64,000 bases of DNA, from NCBI GenBank assembly GCA_002633005.1, contig NMRA01000217.1, positions 310,001 to 374,000 on the forward strand. The letters run 5' to 3'. The notes beneath the pieces were generated by a model that was given only the letters and a program-made list of their open reading frames with translations, had not been told where the DNA came from and did not search any database. Shown here in pieces: positions 1 to 15,400 of the stretch. Made by a program: the position numbers and the translations under genes. How positions within the stretch are numbered: position 1 is the first letter of the stretch; each line of letters starts with the position of its first letter. This stretch comes from Phoronis australis (Eukaryota; Animalia; Phoronida).

Positions 1-336
1 TCATAATTCTTGCCTACCAATAAATACGATTTCAAAGTTCATTGACTCCACATATTGTAAGGTAAAGCTTAGCAAGATCCAATGGATCAGTTCTGTAGCT
101 AACTTATGAAAAAGAAAACCTGTGAATACTTTAACATTGATGTGATGAGGAATTTCATAGTTTCTTTGCAAGAAGTTTTCGGTGTTGTTTAGAACAACTT
201 TTTTACATTTTATGTTAATAGTCACATACAGGAGTCCTGCATTTTGAGAACCAGTTTCGTCAACTGAATGCCAGGCATTAAACTGGTTCTCAAAATTTGT
301 TACCCCGCAAGTAACTTTCGTCCATTTTACAATCAG

Positions 337-439
337 GAAACACATTCAGTTCACTGGAGGGGCTCAAGTTTGAGTGGAATCTTGTCACAGACAGAGACGT
401 TCCTGAGGAAAGCATCATAGACGCACACAGTGTCCTCAG
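337..439 (+). CDS. NUP210: NUP210 exon (first in window)
   Basis: cag|...|gtttgt; (G)NTFSSLEGLKFEWNLVTDRDVPEESIIDAHSVL. Confidence 0.9.
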
Positions 440-3400
440 GTTTGTGTACAACTCTCAGCTCCTGTCTAGTGTAGCGTTTTTGTCAATCTTTCAGAAAATA
501 GATGCATCTCGAACTTTTTTTACCATACAAGACGTGCCGACATTTGTCTGGGGTAGAAATGGACACTCATATTGTTAATTTTTTTTGTTAAAACATTATC
601 ACATTTCAAAGAACATCATTTTGCAGTCCCTGCTAGTTTTTAAGAAGTAATCTAATTTTAGTCACCGGCTCAGCAACACTAGCATTCTCCAGCTCCAAAT
701 AACTGCCCAGCTATGAATTTCAAGTGTTTTCATTTCAGCTTTCAAACGTTTACTCAGTCGGCATACGAGACTCCACCTCATATCGGGGTTTTGGAGTCCA
801 AGGGCTTGCAAGGCGATGTGCGTCTGGTGGAAGGCATTAGAACTGGTGTTGCCAGGGTAACAGCCAAGCTTTTAGAGGAGGCATTTCTGGTATGTCTTGC
901 AGGCCAACTAACGGTTTTTATGCGCCCACATATTTATATGTGGATGCATTATGCCGTCATCTCTGTCCGGGCGGCGTCCGCTGCTTTATCTTCAAAACCC
1001 TTTGACATACGTTCTTGAAATTTGGCACATATGTTCCATTCATGAATGGGACGGCATGTGCGAACTTTCGGACAGATCCGAGTACCGGTGTGCCCCCTAG
1101 TGGCAATTTTAATTTTTTTACGCTTACCTTTGTATCTTCACAAGTCCTTAACAGATTTTCATGAAATTTGGTATGTAGGCACCTATTAGTGAGATGACGC
1201 TATCCTCCCGTTTTCAGATGGATTTGACATAGTTTGCGCCACCTAGTGGCCATTTTTAGTGTTTGCGAGTCTGTTTATGTGCGTCCACCCCTCTATCAAC
1301 CAAACCGCTCAAAGGATAATTGTGAAAATTGGTATTTATATGCTTACTATGTAGAGGACGGTTGACGATGATTTTCCGACGATTTCGACTACTGTGGCGC
1401 CTCCTAGTGGCAGTTTTGTTTTTTTTTTGCGCCTATGGCTGTATCTCCTAAACCGTTCGCAGGATCTTTACGAAATTGTGTAAGTATATTTATATGATGT
1501 TAACAACGGAAGATGACGACTTTTGGACGGATCCGACTACTGGTGTGCCCCGTAGTGGCAATTTTAGTTTTCTACGCTTACCTTTGTATCTTCAAAAGTC
1601 CTGAACGGATTTTCATGAAATTTGGTATGTAGGCACCTATTAGTGAGATGACGCTATCTTCCCATTTTCNNNNNNNNNNNNNNNNNNNNNNNNNNNNNNN
1701 NNNNNNNNNNNNNNNNNNNNNNNNNNNNNNNNNNNNNNNNNNNNNNNNNNNNNNNNNNNNNNNNNNNNNNNNNNNNNNNNNNNNNNNNNNNNNNNNNNNN
1801 NNNNNNNNNNNNNNNNNNNNNNNNNNNNNNNNNNNNNNNNNNNNNNNNNNNNNNNNNNNNNNNNNNNNNNNNNNNNNNNNNNNNNNNNNNNNNNNNNNNN
1901 NNNNNNNNNNNNNNNNNNNNNNNNNNNNNNNNNNNNNNNNNNNNNNNNNNNNNNNNNNNNNNNNNNNNNNNNNNNNNNNNNNNNNNNNNNNNNNNNNNNN
2001 NNNNNNNNNNNNNNNNNNNNNNNNNNNNNNNNNNNNNNNNNNNNNNNNNNNNNNNNNNNNNNNNNNNNNNNNNNNNNNNNNNNNNNNNNNNNNNNNNNNN
2101 NNNNNNNNNNNNNNNNNNNNNNNNNNNNNNNNNNNNNNNNNNNNNNNNNNNNNNNNNNNNNNNNNNNNNNNNNNNNNNNNNNNNNNNNNNNNNNNNNNNN
2201 NNNNNNNNNNNNNNNNNNNNNNNNNNNNNNNNNNNNNNNNNNNNNNNNNNNNNNNNNNNNNNNNNNNNNNNNNNNNNNNNNNNNNNNNNNNNNNNNNNNN
2301 NNNNNNNNNNNNNNNNNNGGACAGGTGGCGAAGGGGACAGGTGGCTAAGGGGACAGGTGGCGAAGGGGACAGGTGGTTTAGCGACGCCACTGGATTTTCA
2401 GGTATGTCGTACCGCAAGACTGAATGTACTCTCTTCGCTTCTGTCATAGATTGTTTTGTTATTTGTATTTGACAGAATGTTCCCGAAGCTAACGTTCGTC
2501 TGGTGGTTATAGCTAACGTGATGGTGGTGCCGAGTGAGGTTTATATCATGCCACTCACCTCAGTCGACTTCAGGGTGATGCAGTTCAAACAGGGATCAAC
2601 AAGAGGTACTCAATGACCCGACTGGTTTCAAGTATAGCACTGTGTTACGCTGTTAGATATACAGTGAACATTCATCGAGCTAAAACAAATTTTGTTTCGG
2701 CACAGTTTTCAAAAAATGTGAGAAATTTACATGCTCTGCAACATAACATGTGAAGTGTTGTGCAATGGTAGCCAATGTTTCATGAAATAGAAAAATGACA
2801 TGTCCGATAATTCTTTTTCTTTTAATTTATATCATGAAACTTTATATGATGAATGCAAGTGAATCCCTTTGCTTTGAAGGAAACTAAACACTACTTTTTA
2901 TATTATGATTTATTAAAAACTAATCCAGTGGTGCACGTTTAGCTTGACGCCAAGTTGCATTTGGCGAAAATCTCAGGTCGCCAAATGATATCAGAGGTTG
3001 CCAAAAACTTATATCGAAATCATCAACTGAAAAAGGTCGTGTCGCATTCTGTTTCCAGAAACTTACATTTTCAATTTCTTTTCCATAAGAAAATTAAAAA
3101 TATGCGCGATTCAATATCTAACTCAATTCTTCCTGCAAACAAAGATAGAATGCAAGCGATGGCATACATTGGAGGCGCGTGTTTCACTAGTCTTGCCTGA
3201 TTTAAGCCGAACTATTGCGACTTCTGTCTGTTTACTTCTTGTTGTAATTTAAATGCGTTTGATGTGTGCTGACTGACTGCGGAGTGTGGCAAATCCACTG
3301 ATTTCACGAGATAAACAGATTCTGAACAATTATGAACCAAGGGTATTAAATCTAGGAAAATCGTTGGTAATTTAAAGCTTGGAAGTCACCGCAAGCTTTG

Positions 3401-6400
3401 AAATGAATTTCGGGTGAATTATTGTCTGACTTTGATATTGCTATACAGCCTCTCCCCCTTACCAACGCAACTTCATTAGTTTCTTAGTCTGAAAATGATC
3501 TCAGGGCTTGGAAAGAACTGACAGTTGGTTATTGCTTGAGACCAGGCACTTCTGGCTTGTCACGGCGTGTCATTTTCTGTACTGAGCATAGTCTCAAGGA
3601 ATAACAAACTGCTTTTTGCAAACTCAAAAAAAATCACTTCTCATCTGATTAAGGAGCAACTTGAGACCTATTTTATAGTCATAACCGATCAAAATCAGAA
3701 GTTCTTGCACGAGACACAAATTGATTGAGAGCTGCTTTAACTGTCTGTTGCATTATTATTATAAGTAGGCATGTTTGAACATTTAAAGTTCCGCTGGACA
3801 CTCTGATCTTCAGGAGAACGCAGTGGCTTTGAAGATGTTATTCTGATTTACATACTACTCCAGATGCCATATGACTAAACACTTTATGTTGTGGTTTGCA
3901 GAAGTGACCATGCCTAACAACCAATACTACCTAGAGTTGGAAGATGGTGTCCTATGTTCACTGGACCACAAACTGTCGCGTGTTCGCTGTAAAGACATTG
4001 GCGACACCGAATTGGTGTTGAAAGACAAGAGTATCCTTTGTGATCTCAGTGTAGGAAACTGTAGATCTGGTAGATGTTTTAAAACTTTTTAATTAGTTCA
4101 TTTGGATGTTACAGCATTAACATGCTGGTCCATCAAAAGACAAATTGGACTTCTGGGGTCTGCTTCAAGGAAAGTGACTATAATAGGACTTAAGACTGAA
4201 ATTAGGTCTCATGCTTCACACAGCTGTTATTAAAAAATAGTTAAATCTCATTTGTCAGACCCAAAGTGCAAATTCTCTGACAACATACACATAACTGCTA
4301 GTTACTGAGATAATTTCTGTTATTAAAGTACTTCTTGACTGTCATGTGTCTCACAATTACTTATCTGACCAAATCCATTTCAGCACCTTTGAAGTGGGAG
4401 TGTAAGACCTGTCTTTGATGTCTAAGTCACTCTCATGAAACAGTCCCAGATACTAGGAACTCAGCTTAGTTCCCTAAATCTACTGCGTATTTGTGGACTT
4501 GTGAAAACACCGACTGACCTTTCTTATGCTGTAATAGTTTCATTACGAAATCAATTTTTGGTTTTGTTACAAATCGAGAGTGAAGTTGATGTTGAATTCT
4601 CAACATTATCAAAAATAAGTAAGGATCTTTTAGTGCAACACCCCTAACTTAAGGACTAAGTCACTATTTACTTTGTTGAACTCAGGGTTCAGATTTTAGT
4701 TATGTTATTAGAAAATTTCGTTTAATAGTCAAAGAGGAGCTCATAATAAATATGAAATGATAGAAATAAAAGATTACATCTGTGAGCAAAGGAAGACACA
4801 AACAGGCAAAAGATTTAGGGAACTCAGTTGACTTCCTATTTGTAACTGTTTCATGCAACCCGGCACATGTGTCCAAAGTGTTGAACACTTTGATCCTTAT
4901 CACCATTCAGACATCAACCTGGGAGAGTCCTTTAGTGAGCCTACTTCATTGATTCACGTCGTTCACCCAAAGAGTATCGGTATGTTGTCAAGGTCAAAGC
5001 GATATATCTCAATTTCTGGACATTTTCTTTCCATGGTGTCTGTTCTGTGCAAAATGTGTATGTCATTTTTGTAGTGTTGGTCAGTGGCCTTGTTACACAA
5101 TTGAAAATATTGAAATTTGCATTCCATGATTTATAGAGAATCCTACACGAGTCTCAGGTTTATGAAATTGGCAAAACCTCAGTTAGAAATTTCATCAAAA
5201 TCCTAAGGCTTGCTGAGGGATTGTGGCGAAATTTCCAAGAAGTTTTGCTTATGTCATAAATCTGAGACGAGTGTAGGAATTGTTTCTCACATGAACCGTA
5301 AAAACGATCTTTTTGCCGAAAAAGTTAACACATCTAAAACTTTCCACCACATGACGCATTTTTTGTAAAAACATGCTAGCGCAATGTAAAGTAATTCTGA
5401 ATTGGTTACTTTTTGTTATTTTTGAGCTTAACAATTAATTATAAATTGCATTCAGCTTTCGTAACAAGTCTTTGAAGTATTTGTAATATTAAAACTTAAA
5501 AATGTTTATAAATAAGTCAACAAGGCTTCCCCACTGGAGCACTGAATTAATCTTGAGACAGCACAGCTAGACTGGCTTGCTGCATTTATTGAGTTGGGGT
5601 TCGTCTCCATTTGAATGAATGTGGATATGGAATTCGTCTCCGAAGATGAGTCCGTTGCGACACCTGATTTGTCAATCATAACCTTGTCACCTTCTCGGAA
5701 TTCTGGTATTGTTTGGTTGGCACGCGTTTGGTTGTTGTAATGTTTTGCAGACGATAAAATGTATGGCGTATGGATTCCTACTTTGCACTACTTTGTGTTT
5801 TGCCCTATGTAATATCTAAGAAATTACGTACTCAGTGATATTAACCAGTCGTGTCATAACGCATACCAGGTCATGTGAGAAAACACTTTATTTCATGTTT
5901 ACTTAAAACAATGCCTAAAACAATTCTGTTAGACCTGATTTTATTTGTCTGGTTAATTGCAAATTATGAAAATTACCGTTTAAATTTGTGCCATTCAGAT
6001 GAGTCAGCTGTGATTTTATTTTTTTTAAATGTGGGCTTTGCTACTCTACTGAGTATTTTTTTAATTTTTGTTTCCATTTTTCAGGATTTGACATTTTGCC
6101 CGGGAGAAAATGGAATATAATTGTGGGAAGAGAGTATGAAATATTCATTGAAATCTACGAAGAACACAAAATTCATATTTCTGATGTAAGTTGTTTTTAA
6201 TAGTGATTCTCAGAAAAATCATCAAAAAACATGACTTCTCAATTGAGCAGTGCAGTGTGTTAAGGTTATGTTCTATTGATACGTCTGTGTTAAGGTTATG
6301 TTCTATTGATAAGTCTGTGTTAAGGTTATGTTCTATTGATAAGTGTGTGTATTTAGCAAAGTATGAAAATTAGTATAAAGTTTTTAACTTGGTTAAAGTA

Positions 6401-9400
6401 TTCATTTTCTGAAAGTAGAAAGCTTGTAGAATTAGTTTTTTGACTTTTTACCAATCTTCCTTTCATTGAGTCACATAGCCTTTTCAGTAAAGTTATCAAA
6501 AAAAGAAAAGCAAAGCAGCTGTAACAATTAAAGATTTATTTACAAACACGTTTATTTAAATGTTCAAGGTCAGTTCTCAAAAACGTTTTCGGTTTATTTG
6601 TAAATTATCATTTCATTTTCATTTTATGCAACGTTTGATTTTGTTAGAGAAATGATAAAAGTCCTATTTTTGATTATCCCTCGTGCAATGGTGGAATAAT
6701 TAATCCTAACAGAGTTTTGAAGTGTAGAGCATAAAATATAGTATCTGAAAACCCCGTATGAATCTGATTCTTCATTTCGGAAATATGATATTCCAAAGTT
6801 AGTCAAATTTTTTTAGATTCCTACATAAACTCTGCCATGCTGATTGGTCATGTCCGACGATCTGTCTACACTCACACTTTTGCAGACTGCACTTTATGTT
6901 ACACTATTTTAGAGGTACAGTGTACTGCTCGATTATAGCGTATTTCTTTGTGTTGTGGTCTCATATGTGCTGTGGAATTGAACCGTTATTTTTTCACCCT
7001 CAGCAACGCATGGTGGCCAAATTCCCTTCAGACTACCTTCAAGTGCTGCATTCCTCTGAGAATGGAACATACCATATCGTACGCACCTTACAGCCTGGTC
7101 GCACGGAGATCCTTGCTTCACTCGTCTCTATTATTCTTGAGGTTGGTAATTATCATGGGCTGCAACATGCCGTTATGGAGAAAAAATCTTACATGGCTCG
7201 TACGTGTAGCTTTTTTGAAAATGCTTGAAGTACAGCATCAAAAAATTTGTAAGAACCAGGTTATTGGAATTTATTTGAACTATTCCTGTTGTGCTTGAAC
7301 ACTTGGTAAAGGTCAACTATAAACATTCCATGCATAATTTGAAAAAAGTTCACAAGTGACAACACCAAGTCCAGTTTGGAAGACCACAGAAATGAATTTC
7401 CCTTGTATGCACGTATTTAGGCGTATGGTTTTTTCCTTGGCTACATTAATAGTATAATTAAAAAGTGTAAAACAACTAAGGTCACGACCTCACCTGTCAC
7501 GCTTAGCAAGTAGACTAGTATATTTTAAGTGTATATTTTACTGATTAAGTCACCAGCCTTGATTTTAGCGAATTTCTGGCAGGCAACGGTGAGAATTGGT
7601 TATTTGTAATAAAATCACACAAAAGACGGATTTTGTTGTTTTACCATTCTGGTCAAAACTAATACCTTCAAGGGGAAGTCTACCCCATCCAAGAATGTGA
7701 AAAATGGAAGTGCGCACTATTTGCCTTGCACAACCTAGGATGTCTGGCCATTAGGATTTCACTTGCGACTTGATCCTGTGTTGTTATCGTTTGACTGTGT
7801 TCTGTTTCTTGTAGGATGGCACAGAGTCCAAACTGGCCTTTCCAATAGATGGCGCTCAGAACGTGGAATTATATAGCCCAGTACAGGTCACACCCTCTGT
7901 GGTGGCGTTTCCATGGCACCCTGTCACTAGGGATGCCTACTTTTACACGCTACAGGTATTGTGCCTGGGTGTCAGGTAGTTAGTTGGCAAACCAGGTTAT
8001 TTGAGTGTGATTGTGTTCAAATATGTCTTTAATTAAGAGTAACTGGAAGGAAAAGTCATTTTCCATGTCAAATTTTGTTCAAGAGAAACCTGAAACCGTG
8101 ACATTCACAATATGCGCGTATATCATATTTGCACCAATTGCCCCTCATTTTGCAGAATTACTGTCAAATGGGCCTCATGTTGCAGTTGGGATTGTATGTT
8201 TAGAGCAGGTTTCAACTGTGAATGCAATTTTCCAACAGCCATTTAGTTAATATTTTGTTGTGACCGGTACAAAGTTTACATGCCTTCACTGGGCATATGA
8301 AAATGTTTTGTCCTCTTTCCAATTCCCTCCAGTTCCATGCAAACCTTTATCCATGCGTTTACTGTATTTGAATATTGTTTTTCAACAAAAAACAAACAAA
8401 TGGCGTGTTTCGGAACCAACATTTCTTCATTGCCAGTGATGCCTGTTCCCACGTTTTAATGGCTTGAAGTTGGCACACGTTTCACTCGACGACCTATTAG
8501 AGACCATTGACACATGCTTGATTATCTCTGTCTCATTTGACCTCTGGTTGACCTTGGTGTAGTGTAATGTAACCTTTGGATTTTCTACTATGTCGGCTTT
8601 GTTGCAGTTCTTTCTTCACCACGCTGGATGTTCTCGTGCGCAGTTTAATGTCTATCCTAACATTTGGTTCATCTTTTTTGTTATCAGCCTGCATAACAAT
8701 TGTTTACGAGTCATAAAGAAATGAAATTTTGTGGCAAAGTTGCTTTGCGTAATTTTTGATGGTCACACGGTTAAGTTATATTCTGATGTTGTTTGTCATA
8801 ACTTTGACGAAATTAGACGACATGAACAGAGATTTTTGAAAAAGTTACAGTCTGTTCATCACTGGTGTGATTGCTTCTAATAGTTTTCAAAAATGATTGA
8901 TGAGTTTCATCGAAATTTGTCTGGATTCGTCGAATTCATGCCGAAAACCTTGAAGGAAATAGGCAAAAAAACTCCACACCATTTAAAAGTTATTCGGAGA
9001 GAAACGAGAACGTGAGGTAAAAAAGGTTTTAAATGAGAAGAGATTTCTTCAATTTTTTTTTTGAAAATTGCTGTGCAGTAGCATTTATGTGTCAAGAATT
9101 GGCAACCACGTAATTTGGAAATTTTAGATTAATATGTAGAGACTAACACAGTTGTCTTCCAGCTCTGCTCCTGTTCTGTCCTTTCCACTGTAATTTCTCT
9201 TAAACTGACTTAATGTAGTCTTGCTGGAACAAAGAACATGCTCTTCCGTTCTTCTCATCATTCGATCCATCTAAGTCCTTGCTCTGATGTGATTGACATT
9301 GAAGAATCAATGTTGGCATTTTGGATGACAATTATCACATAACTAGGCTGAGATTTTCATGTCTACAAGTGAAAGTCTATTTATTTGATCATTAAAATCT

Positions 9401-12400
9401 GTTCATCATCTTATTTTATGTTGGTATCCTAGGCGACAGGCGGCAGCGGTAGCTATGATTGGTCCTCCTCTCGAGTAGGCGTGGTTAGTGTCAACAACAA
9501 GGGTCAGCTCTCCACCCTTAGCATTGGTTCATCGACAGTCACTGCTGCCGATGTGAAAAACGCCGAAAACTTCGATACAGCAAGGGTGCGTATTGTTAAT
9601 CATACTCTTCTGTTGTACTGCGGATGTTTCTGATGAACACCTTGTTAAAGCCGATAAGCATTTCACCCTTGGAAAATGTTTAATATTGTTTATCTTTGGA
9701 ATATCATATCTCAGAAATGGCTGATCGGATTCTTATGGAATTTTAGATACTAACTATGCCTTGTGCACTATTTTCTTCCATATCGAAATACAGTAATTTG
9801 ATTTTGAAATCTTCGACTTTTCCGTGAGTGGCTACCAAAAATAGGACTTATTATTTTCATTAAAATCTCTTTAAGTTATTTAGAAAAGTGTAATGTCATT
9901 TTTGAGATCTAATCTTGAAGATTGATATCAAATTAAATTTGATCATGTTATTGATACCATTAATTTACTATCCATATACCTTTTTGCTAAATTTTAATAA
10001 AAAAGACATGCACACGTGACCTTAAAAATGTCAGTTTGGTTAAAAATCACATTCCATTTCATACTTTTTACTTAGTTATAATCTATAGTTTCGCAGGTAT
10101 TTAGTTAAATATGCAGCACACTTGTCAGTGAGGTCTTATATAACCTTTTGTTACAAGGTGCCTGAATGTGCAGAAATATCAAATTTATAAGTGGTGTTTT
10201 TCTCTGGGTCCGTGCAGTACAGTTGAATTTTTACTTCATGTAAATACATTGTTCGTTGGCATGGATGTTGACAATTATAAGAAGTATTTGCTTGTATATG
10301 CCATGTCAGTACATTGTTCTTATTTTCAAAATAGTTATCTTATAATTATCAAATGATCTCTTGTGTTGAAGCGATAGTTTGTAATAAATCGACCAGCGCA
10401 TTGGTGTGCTCAACACAACTAATCTTATCTTCACATTTGACAGGTGCACGTGCTGCCTCCTAGTGACATGAAGTTCTTACCGTCGCCCGTCGAGGCTGAG
10501 ATTGGTTCGAACCTACAGCTCCCCCTGGCGGTGTTTGGTCTTGTAGGTCAGTGTCAAAGTGTAGACGTCACTTGTAAGGAAGCTAATAATGCTCTGTTTA
10601 TGCACATGTGTAGCAAATTGATTTTGTGATGAGAAGTGATGTTTGTATGCCGTTTCTAATACTTTATTCAATAAAACAATTAGTCTTTTTCTAGCTTTAC
10701 ATGAATTGTGTACTCTGACTAGTTTAGGGTTTGACTGTTCTTGATTTAGGGCTAGCCTTGGAATTTTCCTCTTTTAAGGGGATTTCCTCTTTTTTGGTTT
10801 CGATATCCTCTTATCTGATTTCCAGTTTGCTCTTTTTACGTCTCTTTATCTTTATTTCGACTTCATTCATGCGAAAATGTTAACTTTATTTCAGTTAAAT
10901 TTTACCACACAAAAAATATTTCTATCACACAAGCCTATTTATTTGTGGAATGATATATCACCTAAAAATTTTCCTCTTTTTTGTCATCGGTCATTCCAAA
11001 CCTTGTCCATTGAATCACAGGTGGGAACACTGTTGCCTTCAAGGTGTTTGACCCGACTTTGGCCAGAACAACTAAAATTTAAATGCATTTTGTGCATATT
11101 ATGAAAAAATATTGATTTTTGTTTTTGACAAAAAAATCTGCAAAGCTCCATGTCCTTGCATTATCTTTCAATATTCACGAAAAAAGTTTATTGTGGACCC
11201 AAGATAAACCGTGATTGATAATTACTGGTAGAGTATGCAAAGACGTGCGGGAATTTTTGTGTCCAGATCAAAGATTGTGATTTGTTTTCAAAGTATAACT
11301 GACGAAAATCCAGTTTCATTCTTGGAATTTTAGCCGCCTTATTCGCCAACCTAGCAACTTTGACCAATAACCTGAATTTGCTGTCTTGCTAATGGCTAAA
11401 CTGCTGATCTATGGGCAGATGGACACAAGGTTGCCTTCAAGGACTGCCGTAAGCTGCCATTGAACATCACAGTGGTTGACGGCTCTGTGTTCGGTCATCA
11501 CCCTGAGTCTACGGTGCTCTCTGAGGGCAGCTGTACCTCAGTGAAAGTTGAGGCCCTCCGTGTAGGGTTCACGCAAGTCATCGTTGCATACACTGATGGC
11601 AGAACTAGACTTCAGGCCGCCGTGACTGTGGCAGCATACAAACCTCTGACTGTTGTGGACCCCGAAGGTGTTGCCGTGGTTACCGTGGGCTCGTCCAAAG
11701 AGATCATCGTGGAGGGGGGTCCACAGCCGTGGGTGCTGGACCCTTCCAAGTATTACGAAAAAGGTGAGTGGTCAGAGTTCCCATTATCTGGAGTCTTCTT
11801 GGTTTGTTGTAGATCTGGCTACAGCTGAACGTTGTTTGTGGTGTTTTCATTGTTAATCAAAAAGGCACGTTTCTTTGAATGATCTTTCGACAAGCTCAGC
11901 CTATCAAAATGGAATAATGACGCATCATTTCATATTAGAGTCTCGACTAACTTCAGCAAACGTTTGACAGAAATGGTGATCAAAAGTGAAAGATTTTTAA
12001 TTGTGAGTCAGTTTGTCATTTGGTTTCAACGGATGTGCTTTCACAAAAGCTTTGCTGGAGTTCGTAATATTTTGTCTACAGCTGTGATTTGGAAAATACA
12101 TAAATTGTCTGCTCAGTCATTTTGTCTTTGCATTGTCTTACAGTGGTCCCAGAAGACTCTGAGGTTGTCAGTATTCAACAAAGCGTTCTGTCTGGCAGAT
12201 CACGTAAGTGCCCCGTCACCTTCATCTCAGTTGCCTGTTGTGGACTGAAACTGAAGCAGCAATTTTAAATAAAGTGTCATCACCTTACGCTATTCCCAAT
12301 ACCATTTTTATTGTTCTAACAATAATGTAAATGATTGTAGTTTTAATAGTCAAGATATGAAATTCCACAACTACACATTTTTAAAATTAACACAAGAGTT

Positions 12401-15400
12401 CAAATGACGTCATTAACTAAGTATATTGAGTTGGCTACAAACCTGCCTATCACCAAACAATTACCCATTTTATTTAAAGGACTTACAATTATATAGCTGG
12501 TCTTAACTTCCTTCTTACTTAGATAAGAGGTGATTCCTGAACTAGGCTTAACGTGTTCCTTAATTAGAATACAGACTGTTCCTGATTTTAGGAAGAACTG
12601 TCTGTCAGTTTGTTTTTGCTTGAGATCAGGCTGAATAAGTTGTTATGTCTCAAGGTGTCGTGTCAAGCAGAGTACTACCGAACTGTCAGCTCTTCCCGAG
12701 CTCGGCAACATTTCTCATCTGAGTAAGGAACAGTTTTTAATTGACACCAGTAATGGCTCTATACTAAAAGGTCTTTTTAAAAGCCAAAGTCGGGTTTTAT
12801 CTAGACTTTAAGATACATTGTATAGCATTGAAGTTGGTGCACACTTGAGATGGCTAGTTTGTATTCAGTTTCAAATTTGGCTGTCTCGTGGCCTTATTGT
12901 GCTAGAATAAATGGTGCAAAATACTTACTTAGTGCATGCTTTTGTGACCTCTCGTGCACTATAGGGGAGATTTGCAACATCGCTTTACACTTATTGAATC
13001 AGAATTCTGTCATTGATAACTAGACCAGGCACATGCGCAGTGGAACTTTACAGCCGCTATATATTTGTGGTCTGTCCATGAGCAAACTTTTGATTTAGAC
13101 CATTTGCCACAGACTATATTGGTCTTGGCTGGTTCCTTACTCAGGTGAGAAGGGATTTCTGGGTTTGCAAAGAAATGACAGTTATTTCTTGAGATCATGC
13201 CCGTTGCTTAAAATGACACGTGACAAGTAGCAGGTCATGACAAGTGACACACCGTGACAAGCTAACTTGTAGTCTAGAGCTTGGTCTCAAACGATAACAA
13301 AGTGACAGTTTTTTCAAAGCCCTGAAATCGCTTCAAATTTATCTCGAGAAGAATTGAAGGCTAATTTCAGTGAGTGTTCTGAATTGAAAATTAGCTTTTG
13401 TGATGGAATACAGGTTTATTGTCATTTTGAAATAACTTGTAGTTTTAAGGGACATCAAAATTTGTTTCATGGTTCTAATGTTTTGGTTTTAGGAGTTGAT
13501 ACGGTGTCTATGTTGAGCAAAAAGGAAGAAGTGCATTTTAGTCGAGTGTTTAGTTTGATCTGCATGAGTTGATCGAGTATGAGAATTTAGTGGTTCTATT
13601 TATGTCATCAGTTCAAATTTTGGCATGATTTTACGACAGTGTACAGTTGGACGTAAACTTCACAGTACTCATACATCCGCCCAACTCACACAGTTTTGAA
13701 AATCCTCCCACTGCCTACCTGTTTATAACTACTACAGTGAGTGCTCCTCATTGTCACAAAATTGTGAATACCTTGTCAGTGCCGACCTGTTGATAACTAG
13801 AAATTAAACCAAACTTTTATCCCAACATGTTCAGACCTAATGCTGATGTTTGTGAACACTGACAGCTGTTATTTTGAAGTTGTTCATCCTGCTATTTTCT
13901 GCTGTTGCCAGCCTTCACCTTTTACTTGAAGGTCGCACATTTTCCCGCTCTTTGGTGACCTTGATAACATTGTCTTGTCAATGAAATGTGAACTGTCGTG
14001 TATACATTGCTAGCACTGTGTATTAAGCCCTGCGGCTGTGACCTTTCAGGCATCACTCACTCATTCCGCGTCCTCTGCCGAGACCTTAAGGAACAGCAAC
14101 TCCAAATGAGCGTGGGTAATGGGCCGACGACAAGCAATCAGTTCCCTGCTGTCTCACAGGTGTCACTCAGGTATGGACACTCACCTTTATGTATTAGTTA
14201 TTTTAATGTAGTATGATGAGAAGAAGCTTAATTTTGATTGACAAAATTGTATTTGCAAATTGCAGAATTGTATTATTAGATATCACTAAATTTTGTAAGT
14301 TGTTATTTCAGCTTTTGCTTTTTGCAACCATTTGGCAGGAAATGAATCACATCTGCTTATTGTTCGCAAATTTTGACTAAATCCTAATAAGCCTAAGATT
14401 CCATTTTTGTGAAAAGCTTTTAAAATATTTTGATTTGTATGTTGCCATTTTTACTTATTACGTGCTTGCTGCTTTTGCATTGTTGGTTTCTCTCCCCTTT
14501 GTTACACATATCATTCATCAATCACCTGTCTTTTACAGCCTAGCGTGTTCCCCACCTGCCAGTCTGTACCTCCAGCCTGTCATACGACGTCCATCCAACT
14601 TACCTCCATGCCCCATCGCTCAGGATGCTAATGACCGGGTAAGATATCCCAGATTCAGGACTTTGTACTATGGAGCCCTCTTAATGTCATTTTCTCGGTT
14701 TCGATGTAAATTATAATAAGCTTGATACTCCATTAAGTGAGTTCCAACTTTACGGTGATTACAACTACTCTAATTATAAGGTGTTTGTGGAGAGTGTGAG
14801 TGTAAGACTACTAAACAGGAAACGACTGATTTTTCCACGTGCACAGAGTTCCCACAAGGCAGTTGAACTGAAGATGAATTAAGGGTTGAGAATTGATTTT
14901 GCTGATTTTTAATTACTCTTGGATCTTCGAATATGACAATAAATTCATGACATTATGGGAAATGATTTGCATTTTTCACGCTTCATGACAATAACCAGGA
15001 TATTCTATTGTCCCGTATGATATGAAGTGGGCTCCACTGTAATTGAAACTCAACTTGAAAATTGACCAACTGTGTTTCGCGCTTCAGGTAAGCTTACAAA
15101 TTTGTTCTTGAACAACGCTGTGTGATTGGTAAGTTACGAGTCTCGAGTTCGCAGGCCCAACAGTGATGATCATGTTGAGAAATCAACTGTTCACCGATTT
15201 CAGTTTTACATGTGATGGCTATGGTATTTTACTGCGTTCATCCTCTAATGTAATTTTGATGACTTGTTTACTGATATTCAAAGCCAAGATTTTTTTTTAA
15301 AAGCGCATCTTTAATAAACTTTTTATACGTTCATAACTGGTGCATGCAATCAATTTTTTCTTCACTCTGTCTTGTTTTGTGAACCACCCATGTCTATTTA

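Noticed and set aside
1578-2472. Long ORFs of 274-289 aa in the ORF track
   Set aside because: They consist almost entirely of N-gap translation.
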